Source: Balanoglossus misakiensis
Lineage: Eukaryota; Animalia; Hemichordata
Assembly (NCBI GenBank): GCA_040954595.2
Contig: CM082589.2
Coordinates: 5,391,186-5,455,185, forward strand
Direction of reading: 5' to 3'
Length of the DNA: 64,000 bases
This document shows positions 46,459-59,224 of the stretch, one piece after another. The translations under genes were made by a program, and so were the position numbers. A model generated the notes under the pieces. It was given only the letters and a program-made list of their open reading frames with translations. It was not told where the DNA came from and searched no databases. Position 1 is the first letter of the stretch, and every line of letters starts with the position of its first letter.

Positions 46459-48972
46459 TCACCGATCCATGTCATGTGCTTCGACCAATGGTGTACTGGT
46501 TTCATTTGTTTTCGTTTGCCGTACACTTTTGACCAGTGTAAATAAGAATATTGTTGCACCGGCCAAGATTAGAAATGTTCCATAGAAGTAGAAGGAGTTA
46601 TTGTAATCCCCCGTGACGTCATATAAGTAACCTGAAAATACGAGAAAAAAATGTAAATGAGCCTCAATATTTGTTATGCACCGTAAAATCGGTTGTTTAC
46701 ATCCGGCAGGTCAAAGATCAAATAGACCAAACGCGTCTCAGCATACGCCATATTGGGATTCCCCGGACAGTAAAAATACGGAAAGTTATTGCACGATTCA
46801 ACGCCATAGGTTACGGCAGTAGGTGTATAATAATGCCAAAATCTATGTTCCAAACGTGATTGTATTTTCTAAAAGACACGTGATTATGTGATAACTCACC
46901 TGCACATGGCGGTCCGATTAAAACCCCAAGTGCACCAAACGGGAAGAAAAGTCCGAGGGCAGTTGTTACCATTTCGGCTCCTAAAGAGTCTTTAATAGCT
47001 AGTACGGAGACAGCGAAAAATATCCCACTCAAGAATCCAAGAGCAAATGAGTAGGTCGTGTACAGTTGATATGTTCTACACAGCGAACTGATGACATTGA
47101 TCACCCCTGCCATCAGAAGCGCTAACCCGAACCAGTGGAGACTGGTCATGCGTCGGCGTCCTAGATGGAGCAGGGCTGGAACTGACAACCGACCGGCGAT
47201 ACCACCAATGCCACTAACAGACATTATGAAAGCAATTTCTTGTTTGCTCCCCAGTCGCCAAACTTCGGCGCGTGCAACTAGATGTGCTGGCGACCCGCAG
47301 TAGCCGACGCCGACTCCCAAGAGATAAGCCCCGCACAAAACAGCAAATTCTGGGTATTGGACAAAAAGAACACATCCAATGTCGTCAAGGAGTGAATTCA
47401 CGTCCTTGTATGTCTTCCCATCTTCTTCCCCAGGTTTCTGCGCGCTCTCTTCGATCCTCGTGTTTGCTTCGTTGTCTTGTCGTTTGAATAACGCGGCACA
47501 GACAGCCACCTGGGCGTTGATGGAGGAATACGCGATAAAAGCACCTCTCCAGCCGTAGGCGGCTATCAGAGCTTGTATCAGAGTCGGCAGCAGAAATGTA
47601 CCAGTTCCACCTCCCGTCATTGCCAAGGTATTAGCCAGGGGATATCTCCCTTTGATGTAAAGAGGCACTATTCCTAAAGATGGTGACATCATCAGACAGT
47701 ATCCTATACCTTGTAGAAATGCGATAGTCAAGTTAACTACGAAATAATAGATGGAACTGGTAAACATCTTGAAACATCCTGGCATAACTATATTATGACG
47801 ACCTTGATCAAACGTATTGCATACGAAAGGTATATACTGGCATATAAATACAGATATCGATTTGAAATGTATACATGTAATTTATGTTTTAATAGTAGTT
47901 GGCAAGTTCCTAGCTTATAATATAGTCGAGGCTAATTTTTGTAATTGAAGGCTTTGCAATTATTAAAGCCGGAACATACGAGTAACTTCTGAAATATAGA
48001 CTTACCAACAAGGACACCATAAGTGAAGTACAAATATTCCACATTTGGAGCAAACGCACTCAGAAATAGTCCGAGTGAAGAGATCGCCGCTCCGATACCA
48101 ACAGTTAATCGAAATCCTATTCTCTTCACGCAGACACTCGTAACTGGACCTGTTGAAATATTACAAAGACTGTAAAATAGATAGTACATGTATATCAATC
48201 ATATATTCTGAAATACATGTGGGCATTTGCGATATGAAGTCTTCATGCTAACTTCATAACAGTGTTTCCAAAATTCCATTTCATATGCCATACATCCGGA
48301 CCAGACAAAACCCATTGGAAGTTCTAAATATAAGTCATACACCATTTACGTCAATTCTTTGCTATTGATTCATAGTCTCAGTTTATACCCATAAATAAAG
48401 TGTAATGATTGTGCTGGTGGGATACGAAGCACACACATATGTGCTAGCATCAAACTAAAGGTTATAATACCAGGTGGTACTGCGAGAGAAATGGGTACCC
48501 ATGCATGTTCTCAAAATTACGGGAAAAGTGCTTTTTTCGAAACTAACCTGGCCCGTATAATGATTCGCATACCTATCGGATATTCCAAACACATAAGTTA
48601 CCCTCTGGGTCAAACTATAACGTGATTTTGCTTCAGTATGTTATATGTTTAGTTTGGGTGCAGAAACATTTCATCGTCACCATTCACAAACCTACCCAAG
48701 CTCAATTGCAGACACAGTTGCAATGATAGTATCCATGATATACTCGTGGAAGATGCTTCGAAGGTCTGCTGTATGGCGACGAAGAAGAAACCTATGGCCG
48801 TATATCCACCGAACACGAAGATGCAGCAAATATGGCTGCCCAATACGACTAACCAACCATAGACACCGCCGTCTCGAATTTCATCGGGGTTTTCTGTCGT
48901 TGATGGTGCTTGTTCCGTGTTGGGTGATACTGCAGGTTGTACTGTGCCGTACACAGTTTCGGTTCCTGTCAT
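46459..48972 (-). CDS. SLC16/MCT family transporter (copy 5, inverted)
   Basis: MTGTETVYG...RDGGVYGWLVVLGSH, KRIGFRLTVGIG, YGWRGAF, GPPCAGYLYDVTGDYNNSFYFYG...HDMDR*. Confidence 0.9.
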
Positions 48973-49424
48973 GGTAGGGCAGTGAACTATTCGTTCGAAC
49001 AGATCTCGGGAAGTTTTTTCGCCTTTATCGGCAAAACTTGTACACCAAAATAACGTTATGGCTGTATATCTAGTTGTCCCTGACGCTGTGAAACCCCTGG
49101 CTGACGTGTGCTGTGTGTAATTAACGAGCAACTACCCACACGACCTTGGGATCGCTATTTATAGAAGTTGAGTTTGTGCACAATGTCATGTCAGCCACAA
49201 AATAACCACATATGACTATTTGTACCGCTTTAGACGTTATCTCAATTCCATTTCAGCTTCAAATGAAATGAAATATGATAGAGATATATCCTTTCTGTAT
49301 GGTGCGAACGGTTTTGATTAGTGTACATGATTTTATTTTTAAACATTCCGGATGCAGGCAAACTTTCACAAACATAATCGCTGAACGCACAAACTTCCTC
49401 AACAGAAAGAACATCGGATTATAA

Positions 49425-49578
49425 TTAGGGGAAGTGTAACTGATACTAGGGGTTGTTGATAATTTTAGACATACGTTCCACTCACGAAATTCCTCCCCAA
49501 AGTCCTACACAAGTCCTAGACTTAAATTCAATTATATAATCTACCTATATATACCTCTTCTTTATCCACTACCCCTAA
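49425..49578. mobile_element. Degenerate PIF/Harbinger-like MITE
   Basis: TTA-GGGGAAGTG ... CACTACCCC-TAA: inverted ends with TWA flanks. Confidence 0.4.
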
Positions 49579-49655
49579 ATTGATGAGGAGTGTGATTTGA
49601 CGCTCGCTATACCGTGAAGTTGAGTAAGCTATTACTCACACTTGTGTTGGCGAAA

Positions 49656-52600
49656 ATGAAGTACACATTCGGCAACTACCTCGTTGTTGGGTTTTTGTGT
49701 GTATGTTGGACGGTTTTCAGCGAACCTGGTGAGTATGTACACGGACGCATTTTTTGCATCTTTGAAGAAAGCAACCTTAGAGCAGATATTTAATGGGTAA
49801 TTGTTAGTCCAATGTGTGCAACCCAGACGAAAAAAAAAATATTCATGAAAGCAAACCTCATGAGAAGATCTACGACAGTCTTCTGTGTGAACCGAATAAT
49901 TACTTAAAAATACTTTAATTTAAATTCAACACAATTGCGTAAATTAGTTAAGATTTCTACTATTTTGTTATTTCAGTGGAGATTCGACTGACTGGCGGCC
50001 GGACCCCGTTTGAGGGAAGAGTTGAAGTGAAAAAAGATGACGACGATTCGTGGAGATATTTGTGCGGAATCGGCAATGAATGGAACCTTATGGCAGCCAG
50101 AGCAATATGTAAACAGCTAGGTAAAGGCTTGGTGTTTATAGTTGCATGTCAAATGGTGGAACATTTTACATTCAAATATAAATGGGGGGAGTCTGTCAGT
50201 AGTTAATAAATTCGCACTGACTTCATGTTTTCTTATTCAGGTTATTATTCTGTAATGTGGGAATGGCACAATAACGAATTTGGTAAAAGTCACCTACAGT
50301 TGTCTGCCTGTATAAACAAGTGTCATCCAACGTCAAAATCGCCAAGGGACTGCACCCTGTATTGGCATGACAACCAGAACCGATGTCTATGTCACAACCA
50401 TAACTACCTTGGGGTAACTTGTTACTGTAAGTAAACCATTCCGAGAATAACCCAGACTTGATTGTTTTCTAAAGATAAGTAAGGAAGATATCCCATATTA
50501 ATGTTTTGTTAACGTGTATGATTTTAGAAAAAATGACACATTTTCCAAATTAGGTCTAATATCCATGACTATTTTTCTGTGGTATGTCGTGACAACATCA
50601 CAACCATGTATCGAATGGGGTCATTTACCATACACAGTCAAACTTGTGTTAGTGGCCACCTCTATATAGCGGAAACTTCTTTATAGTGGCCACTTTTTAC
50701 ACTTCCCTTGCAATTTTATATGTTCGTTAATGGACTTGTCTGTAAAGGCCATTTGTCTACATGTATAAAGGCCAGCTTCGGAAAGTGATATGACTGGCCG
50801 CTATAGACAGGTTTGACAGACAGGTTAGTTCCAGCGTCACTTCAGTTCCAGGTTTCCTTGGGCGCTACAAGGAGGCTGAGCCGAGAGTCTTTCCCGTTGG
50901 CACGGTAGTGCCTTTATCCCAGAGTAACGGGACGATACACGGCTGCATTAGAGAATGCCAGGATCAGCAAAAGGCTTTCGCGGTTCTTGAGAGTGGTGAC
51001 GAGTGTTACTGCGGCGATGACTCTGTCGAATACTGGCGTTACGGAGAGGCTGTTCCCGGAAAGTCCATACTGCCAGACACAGCTGCCGTGAAATACAACA
51101 CACACCAGTGTGAAGGCGATACTGGCGTGGCACCATTCATACAGGGCTGTGGAGGCGATTGGCAACTGGACGTATACACAAGTGAGTGGGCCCTACATAT
51201 ATTGTGAATGATTTTTCAATCATGTATCACTTATGCTAAACACTTGATTTGCCAACCAATCAAAGATAACGCTCATTCTCCCATACAGCTTGAGTGATAT
51301 ATTTCCGATTTTATGCGCAAATCGGCTTCTTTATTTATGGGATGAGCACCTACCATATCTACTAGTACAGATGCCTCTATCGATGTAGGCAACACCCCAC
51401 CACCCAGGATATATGTATTGTTTTTCGTTGTAGCTTCCTTTGGTAGGTGTGGTGGTGACTACACTGCTTCAAGTGGATACATATATTCACCAAACTTTCC
51501 TGGTAATTATACCAACGGGCAAAACTGCACATGGACGATAACAGTTGATGCTGGACACACTGTAGAGCTGGCCACTCTTATGCTGAGGTTACAAGACAAC
51601 GACTTGGTGATTGTAAAGGATGGCATAGATGAAGATAGTCCTATCATTATGGTTTTTAGTGGATCTTCACTGCCGCAGACATTAAACAGTTCATCCAATT
51701 CTCTTCGTGTACAAATGGGTACCGATAACTACGGCAATGATCTCGGATTTATATTACGATATGAAGGTAAAACATATCAATCATGTCTCTTGTTTACTAA
51801 ATTATAAAAGACAACAATATACATGTAATAGATATCGTATTCTCAGGATGTGAGACAAAAATTATCCCTCGGTAATAAAGTGCATATCACTTTACTATAG
51901 AAACAATTTTAAGCATGTTTACGATATATTTGCAGAAAGCACAGTGTCGCCGGTTCAAGGCGAAATCACGAGCAGCCAGCGACAAACAGCAAATACGCTA
52001 ACCACACGAAATCCCACGGTAAGAGTGTCACAAGAAACAGTCCACGTCAGCAACGTCCCACGTGATTCGACGGTCACAAGCCCGACACCAACGACTGCTA
52101 TGAGTACATGGGGGAGGACATCTCTTGAGACCTTACTTTATATGAGTAACAATCAAAGGCAATCTGCTGTGTTTACAAGGATTCAAACCTCGGTTACCTC
52201 ACTTAGCCAAACGGCCATCGAGGAGTTCGACACAAAACGCGAAAACGTGGACCCCAAGATAACTACAATTGGTGCAACGAGAGACACATCCATGCAGACG
52301 ACAGTCACAGACTCTATGCGGAGCCAATCACCAGCTTTGACAGGAAATAGAATCACAAGACCACCTAATCAACCTACAGTTGCAAACACCGCATCTCTGG
52401 GGATAGCCATTTCCGCCACAGCGACATCGTCTATTTCTACGCCACAATTGAATATGAAAACAGAAACGTATGGTCATCACACGACGGCAGGGCACATTTT
52501 GAGCCAAAAACAGAAACAAATTTTCGGTAAGTGAGTATATAAAAGCAAAACTTCTATATGATTGTAAGAGGTTATGGAATTTGGCACGTGGTCATAGTCT

Positions 52601-54055
52601 AAGAAAGATAGAAAAAATCCAGTATAGTCTAAACTCTGGTCTGATACAGTACTATACACTTGGCAGAATAGTATATAAATAATCTCATGGGTTGTTTGAT
52701 TTGCAGGTTTTCTGTATACATATATTGCTGTTGGCATATTGATCAGTTTAATCATCATCACAATCATAGCGATCCTTACCATGCTGATGTACAGAACAAG
52801 AAGGTAAGTCGTCCCTGAGTATAAAATGAAAACCATGCGAACAGCACGACCAAATAAAATTCTGTAGAAATTGGAAACTAAATTAGGATACAAAGAATAC
52901 TTCCAACAGAGAATATTTGTGTAATATTAGGTTTTTTGAATACTAGTATATGATTCTTTGGTAAATTTTGTCTTTAGATTCTTTCTATTTGTATTTTTGC
53001 ACAGAAAAAAGAGGAGAAAACCACGTAGAGAACGTGCTGAAAATTCAATTGGCGGCAACAGGCACGATCATGAGCTTGGTGAAGTTAACACTGAAGTCCA
53101 AGAAGCTAGAAGAGACTTGTCCTCGTCGATGGGACACGGCGGATCAGATGTTCAAGAGGATGATGCACTTCGAGAAGTTGTCACAGTGGAGTACGCCACG
53201 TTGGGTCCTGGTACGGATGGAGGGGAAAGACGTCAACAGACAGAGCAAGCACACGTATCTACCCCTGACAATGTCAGTGGAATAAATGAGACAGATGTGG
53301 AAAAAGAAAACAACTCGGAGGACAGTTTTGCTGAAAACCGTGAAGGCAGCGAGGCTACTGTCGATGATCCATCCGCTCTGTATGCGCAAGTCAACAAGAA
53401 GAAGGATGCCCGAAGTACAATTGATGCCGAGTCTTCGGTTCCAAGTAATGGTGGCACACAAAACCAGACGGCGCTGTATGCCCGAGTCAACAGTAAGATT
53501 TGCGAGAGCAATGTTGAATCTGTGGTTACAGACAGTGTTGGTGACCTTTATGCCCAGGTCAATAAGACCGGAAAGGGAAGTCATAGAGGAAAGAGCAGGG
53601 TGGCAAACGGCCGGAAGTTACAAACAAACAGTGTAAGCCTGATGGACAGCGCTGAAACATCTGACCAAGATGCCCCTATTGTACCAGAAAGAAGGTTGTC
53701 GTTGTCCGACGACGAGTGTCACGATGCGGAAAGCAGACAAGACAAAGTAGACCAACCAACTGGACGAAACGCGGAAGAAAATGAAGCTTTATATGAGGAA
53801 TTGAGTGCAAAATACCATACGGCAACACCCAGTACAAATGGTGATCTTGACACTGAATCGAGATTTGTGACGAACATCCTTTACGAGTCAGTCGACGGTA
53901 AACGTGGTGTATCGACCACTGGACAGGATTGTGGAACTACCAATAACAACTGTCATCAGTCGGTGCTCATCGACAATGTCATCTACGAATCGTTTGACGA
54001 GAGGCACGGTACCTCACCAGGTGGTGAAAAGAATGGTACAGTCAACACTAAGTAA
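49656..54055 (+). CDS. Type I membrane receptor: SP-SRCR-WSC-CUB-Ser/Thr stalk-TM-long Tyr-motif tail (receptor 2)
   Basis: MKYTFGNYLVVGFLCVCWTVFSEP; [16 protein letters not shown]...AICKQLG; CIRECQ...ECYCG...CEGD...GCGGDW; CGGDYTASSGYIYSPNFPGNY; Thr-rich exon ~51936-52527; TM YIAVGILISLIIITIIAILTMLMY; ~350-aa tail with YAQVNK repeats. Confidence 0.88.
50635..50819. mobile_element. Tc1/mariner-like MITE in a receptor 2 intron
   Basis: CAGTCAAACTTGTGTTAGTGGCCA ... TGGCCGCTATAGACAGGTTTGACAG inverted termini with internal TATAGTGGCCAC-like subrepeats; TA target sites are degraded. Confidence 0.6.
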
Positions 54056-54687
54056 TCGCCATGTGTGGGCTTTGTTGAGGTACAACATGAACAAGGAATC
54101 AGAATGTCTCTTTTATTTGGACATCTATTTACCCGTCAGAGACACTGTCAAGCAAGTCTTCATTAATCGGTGATCTATATGTGCTTATTAAAAGCTTATT
54201 TCTTTATTCCAAATACATAGCAAGTTTTAGTGGTAACAGTGGTAATAAAATCAGTTTACAAAGAGAAAGGTGGGCGAAGGCCGGAAGTGACAATTTCAAG
54301 AAACAAGAAAGAATAATCATAAACACGTTTGACATAAAGTGGAATACAATTAGCATAAACACAAAATGATTTAAACTAGATTAATAATGATAAAACATCT
54401 TGCTAAATATAAGTTAATTTAACACTTTAAACAGGTTATGGTTTTTCATCTTTCCGACCGGTAAATGATACTTATTTACAGCTTATTTGTGTAGCACCAG
54501 AATTACAGGTTTCACCATGCTATACTACACTGTAACAGGATAACATGTAAATGTAATTTCAAGGCATTGGTTGTATAAAACGCTTTGAAGATTTATGACC
54601 ATTATAGCGTAATCTTTCTCTGCATAATATAAAGAATTTGTATTCTACAATATGCACTAAATGTTTTCTATACTGCTGTAGTGCATC

Positions 54688-57600
54688 TTACAGTTCATTT
54701 GCTGACTCATAAACAATGTTATCGACAAAACCTTCACCTGCCATCCCCGTTGTTGCAGGTTTGGTATCGCCGAGGGATTCATAAAGCACATTATCAACGA
54801 ATTCTGCCTCGTTGTGTTTCTCCTTCTTTGATTTATCGACTTGAGCATACATTTGCTGTGGGTCATCGTCTTGTAAACGCGCCTGGCTTCTCTCTGGCAC
54901 ATCTGGTGCCCTTTCGCCGTCGTTCTCTTCAACTACATAGTCTCTCTTCATGCCGAAATCGCCATGTGGTCCGATTTCATCACTGCCATTATATCTAGTC
55001 GACCTCTTTTTGTTTACGGTCTTAGGCACGTCTACCTCGGCATACGAGTCGCGACTGTCAGGATAGTTGTGGTTTCTGGTCTGTTGGGCACCGTCGCCAT
55101 GATTATACGCAGGGTCAAGCAGGTCCTGCCCAGTTGCAAGAGCCCCGGATGTTGGAAACTCTTGTGGCTGGTCACCCGCACGTCTGTTGCCGACGGGCTT
55201 GTTGACATCTGTTACAACATATCTTCCAGGGTAGGTCGCGTCTCTGTCGTTGCCTTTGTTCTCGGGCACATCTACATTGACATACGAAGCACCAACTCGT
55301 GAAAATTTATGGTCGTTGACCTTTCCCCTCGCCCCCTCCTTCTCATCTGCAGGACCAAGTATCTCGTACTCAGCCGTCAGAACTTCAGACGTTGGTGTCT
55401 CTGCTGGTTGCTCGGCTACACCTCGGACAGGTTCGGAATTCCGCTTGCGAGACTCGTTCAACGGTGGTTCCATTAGGTCAACTGTATATCTGTTCGTGTT
55501 CGCTGGCGTTGTCAAGTCAGGATTTCCACTTTCGGTTGATCCACTTCCTTGAATCACATCAGGAATAGTTGGCATGCCGAGTTCTTCAGGTTTCTGATGA
55601 TTCTTTCTGAAATAATTGTAAATAAGATGCAATTATCTCTTTTGCAAAGTCATATTACTCAACACAGACAACGAAACATTTCTCTCAATTTTTGGTAACA
55701 GATATGCATCATTTTCTGCCAATGGTCATGTCGTTTATCTTTCAGTGCATATCAAATATAAAACAGATAATTGGTCCCAACTTACTTTGAACGTTTCCGC
55801 AACAAAACAACTACCACAATTATCAAGAGTATCATGATCAGCAGTATGGCAATACCAGCACCGACACCAATGTACATGTCTGAAACTATACATAAAAATA
55901 CAACGTTTATTTAAGAACTAACATTTCTATTTCTTAAGATGGTTAGTGTTTTGTATGACGCCGCAGATAAATATTCACCGAACCAAGATAAATGCAATAA
56001 CCAAATACATAAGTCACCTCACTGACACCACGTTTTTGTTTCGCTTGACTTGAATGATTTGTGCTATACTTCGAAAACAAAGTGCATCACTCTGCCTCAA
56101 TTAGGAAAATGGATGTATCAGTAATATCGAAGATACGCTGTGACCAGTCGTATATAATCATCTTGTCGTGCTTACCACCGCTCAATGTGTCTGGCATTCC
56201 GGAGGGGGCGTTATCGGATGTCGTTGAAGGAGAAGTGTTTGACTGCGCTGGATTTGGAGTCACCGTCACCTGTTCGGTTCTGTCACTCGTCATCCATTCT
56301 CTTGCAGTGGATGTTCTTGCATACTGTGGAGTGTCTGTATGTATAGTCGATGTTTCTGTGCCGTTCCACACAGCTGAGAATACAAACAGGTTAACTTTAT
56401 CAGTTAATGACACAATCATCACACCTTTTCCTATGATTCAAGGGTGCACTACGATGGGCTCTTGAAAAGTGATCAAATTCAATAATTAAAAACCTGCCTT
56501 CATAGTGCAGAACGAATCCCTGGCCATTTCCTTCATTTGCAATCAATTGAATATGGAGAGCGTTGGATGAACTGTATAATGGCTGCGGTAATGAAGACCC
56601 ACTATAAACACTAATGGTAGGGCTGTCTTCATCTATTCCATCCTTCACAATCACTGCGTCGATGCCTTGTAGTCTCAGCATAAGAGTGGTCAACTTTACT
56701 ATATATCCACCATCCACTGTTATTGTCCATGTACAAGATTGTCCATTTCCATAATTACCAGGAAAGTTTGGTGAATATATGTATCCACTTGGTCCAGTGT
56801 AGTCACCCCCACAGGCACCAAAGGAAACTGAAAATGATTAATCTAGAACTTAAACTGCTCTACAGCTAACAAATTATATGAGACTATATAACCCGATAGA
56901 TTGACCGGTGCACACAAGGTTCAGATAAGTGTGGGTGATATTAGATTAAAACTTATCTAAACAAGCGAACTGGTTGATAATACATAGAACACGATATCAT
57001 GAAACAACAACTGAAAACTAGTGATTACAGTAGATGGATACCTACTGTTGTAAATGTCCATTTGCCAATCACCTCCACAGCCCTGTATGTATGGCGGTGT
57101 GCCATTATCGCCAGTACACTTCTTTGTATTGTACTGGAAAGAACTATCGTCAGATACTATTATTGGTATTCCTGGAATCGCCTCTCCATAACGCCAGTAA
57201 TCAACAGATTCATCACCACAGTAACACGCACCACCACTTTGAAGACCCGCAAGAGTCTTTCCTTGGTCTCGACATGCTTTAATGCACCCTTCTATTGTAT
57301 TAGTGTCTGGTCGCGATGGTGAATTACCAAATATCCTATAGCTCGATGCTTGAACATCTTTATAACGACCAAGGAATCCTGGATCTAATACATAGGAAAA
57401 CATGCCTTAAGGTTACGTGAATATATAGTTACGACGAGAATGCATTGAACCCATGTCAGCAGTTTGCTTTTCACATGATCAAGTAAAGTCACAAATTGCT
57501 ACGGAAGGAACGATGTCAGTTTACAATTACTTCTAGATTCAAAATGATTTAATTTGGTACATATAATATATTCAAAGTAAGAAACAAACTAACACGATTT

Positions 57601-58592
57601 CTTCCAACATGACGTACGCAGATAAAATATATTTCCTGTGGAATTATTTTGAAAAGTGAAAAACTTACAGTAACATGTAATTCCTACATGAGGCCCGTCA
57701 TCACACTGACACTGATCTCCGTTTTCATTCCAATCTATGGCACAGTTCTGTAAAGAATCTGACAGTGGATCACATATGACGTCACAAACAGAGGAATTCG
57801 GATCACTTCTGCCAAATTCACTGTTCGGCCATTCCCACATCACAGTAGAGTAATCTATGTTATTAAACGGAAAACACCATGATGATGAAGATGACAGGCT
57901 TGGTTAATGCAAATGTCATATTGTAAAAACAAAATGGGCATATAAAGTATGGTTTATGAATGCAATGTTACTTGTGTTGGCATAAATGTACTTTTGCAAG
58001 CTTTATACGAACTACTTCGCTGTAATGAACGTTACCTAATTGTTTACATATGGCCCTTGCTACTGTTAAATTCCAGCCTGCATCAGTTCCACAAAAATAC
58101 CTCCACGAATCCCCTACGTTACTTCTTACTTCAACTCTTCCTTCGAATGGCGTCCTTCCACCCACCAAACGAACCTCGACTGAAAAGAAGATTGCGTTGA
58201 TTAATGTAGACCTTTCTGACGTGCTCATTTGACAAGACACATTCATAATATCCATGCATCGTTGATACAGTGAAGAAAATGCATTGTATATGGTTTGATA
58301 TGACATTCTCCTGTGTAACTTAATCCTGGCAACATATATAGAGAGATTGAAGACATGCATTACCCTCAACAATTCTGACGAGGCCTGTACAAATGGCCCA
58401 CAAATTATAGAATATTTACTTCCTGGTAGCTTTTTAAAGGGATTATTGAGCAACAAGTATACATGTCACTACTCTTTCTGTTCAACGTTTAACATTACCT
58501 TGTTCGCTGATTTCTACCAGTGTAAGACAAACCAATATCCCAAAGATAATTTTACCACGAGAAAAAACACGAACGACGACAGACAGCGTCAT
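54688..58592 (-). CDS. Type I membrane receptor: SP-SRCR-WSC-CUB-short stalk-TM-Tyr-motif tail (receptor 3)
   Basis: MTLSVVVRVFSRGKIIFGILVCLTLVEISEQ; [16 protein letters not shown]; CIKAC...CYCG...CTGD...GCGGDW; CGGDYTGPSGYIYSPNFPGNY; TM YIGVGAGIAILLIMILLIIVVVVLL; tail ends FVDNVLYES...FVDNIVYESANEL*. Confidence 0.88.
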
Positions 58593-59224
58593 TGCTGTTG
58601 ACTTCAGTTCCTTATCAACTCCAGCCCACCGCCGTCACTTATTTCCCTTTCACTTGTGTGACCGCACAGACCGACGGTACACAAAGGCGCAGTAGGCTAT
58701 TGTCACCGGTCGTGCACGTATTCATATGTAAATATCGAATGCCTTTCAAAACAACGTTCACCACTTCCCTATATGAATACATCCCGTTTGGCGTTTTGAT
58801 TCTCACCTGGGGTGGGGTAGTCCCATAAAAAGGTGTACGAGTATAACTTTCCTTTGATATGTAAAATATTGTCTGCCATCCTTGCTGAAAGGCTGTCTGT
58901 TTATACCAGGCTCCCTAAAAGGAGATGTTTGATCGTTCGTTTGATCGGTCGTGTTTAACAACATACAAGGAAAAGATGCAAAAATGACAATTTACTTGAC
59001 AATTGTAAAATAAAACGCAACAAAAAGCAAAGTAATGATTGACTACCCATTCATATCGAAAATGTCCAGGTCTGAATGTTAATTTGAACCAAAAATGACC
59101 TTGGATAACTATCACCAACCTAAGGAGAGCTTTCAGAGCAATAAAACATTTCCACTGAAAGAATCTACCAGTGCACAACGCCCACACCACTGCTGCAAAC
59201 ATTTCGTGGCACCCATCTTGCAAC

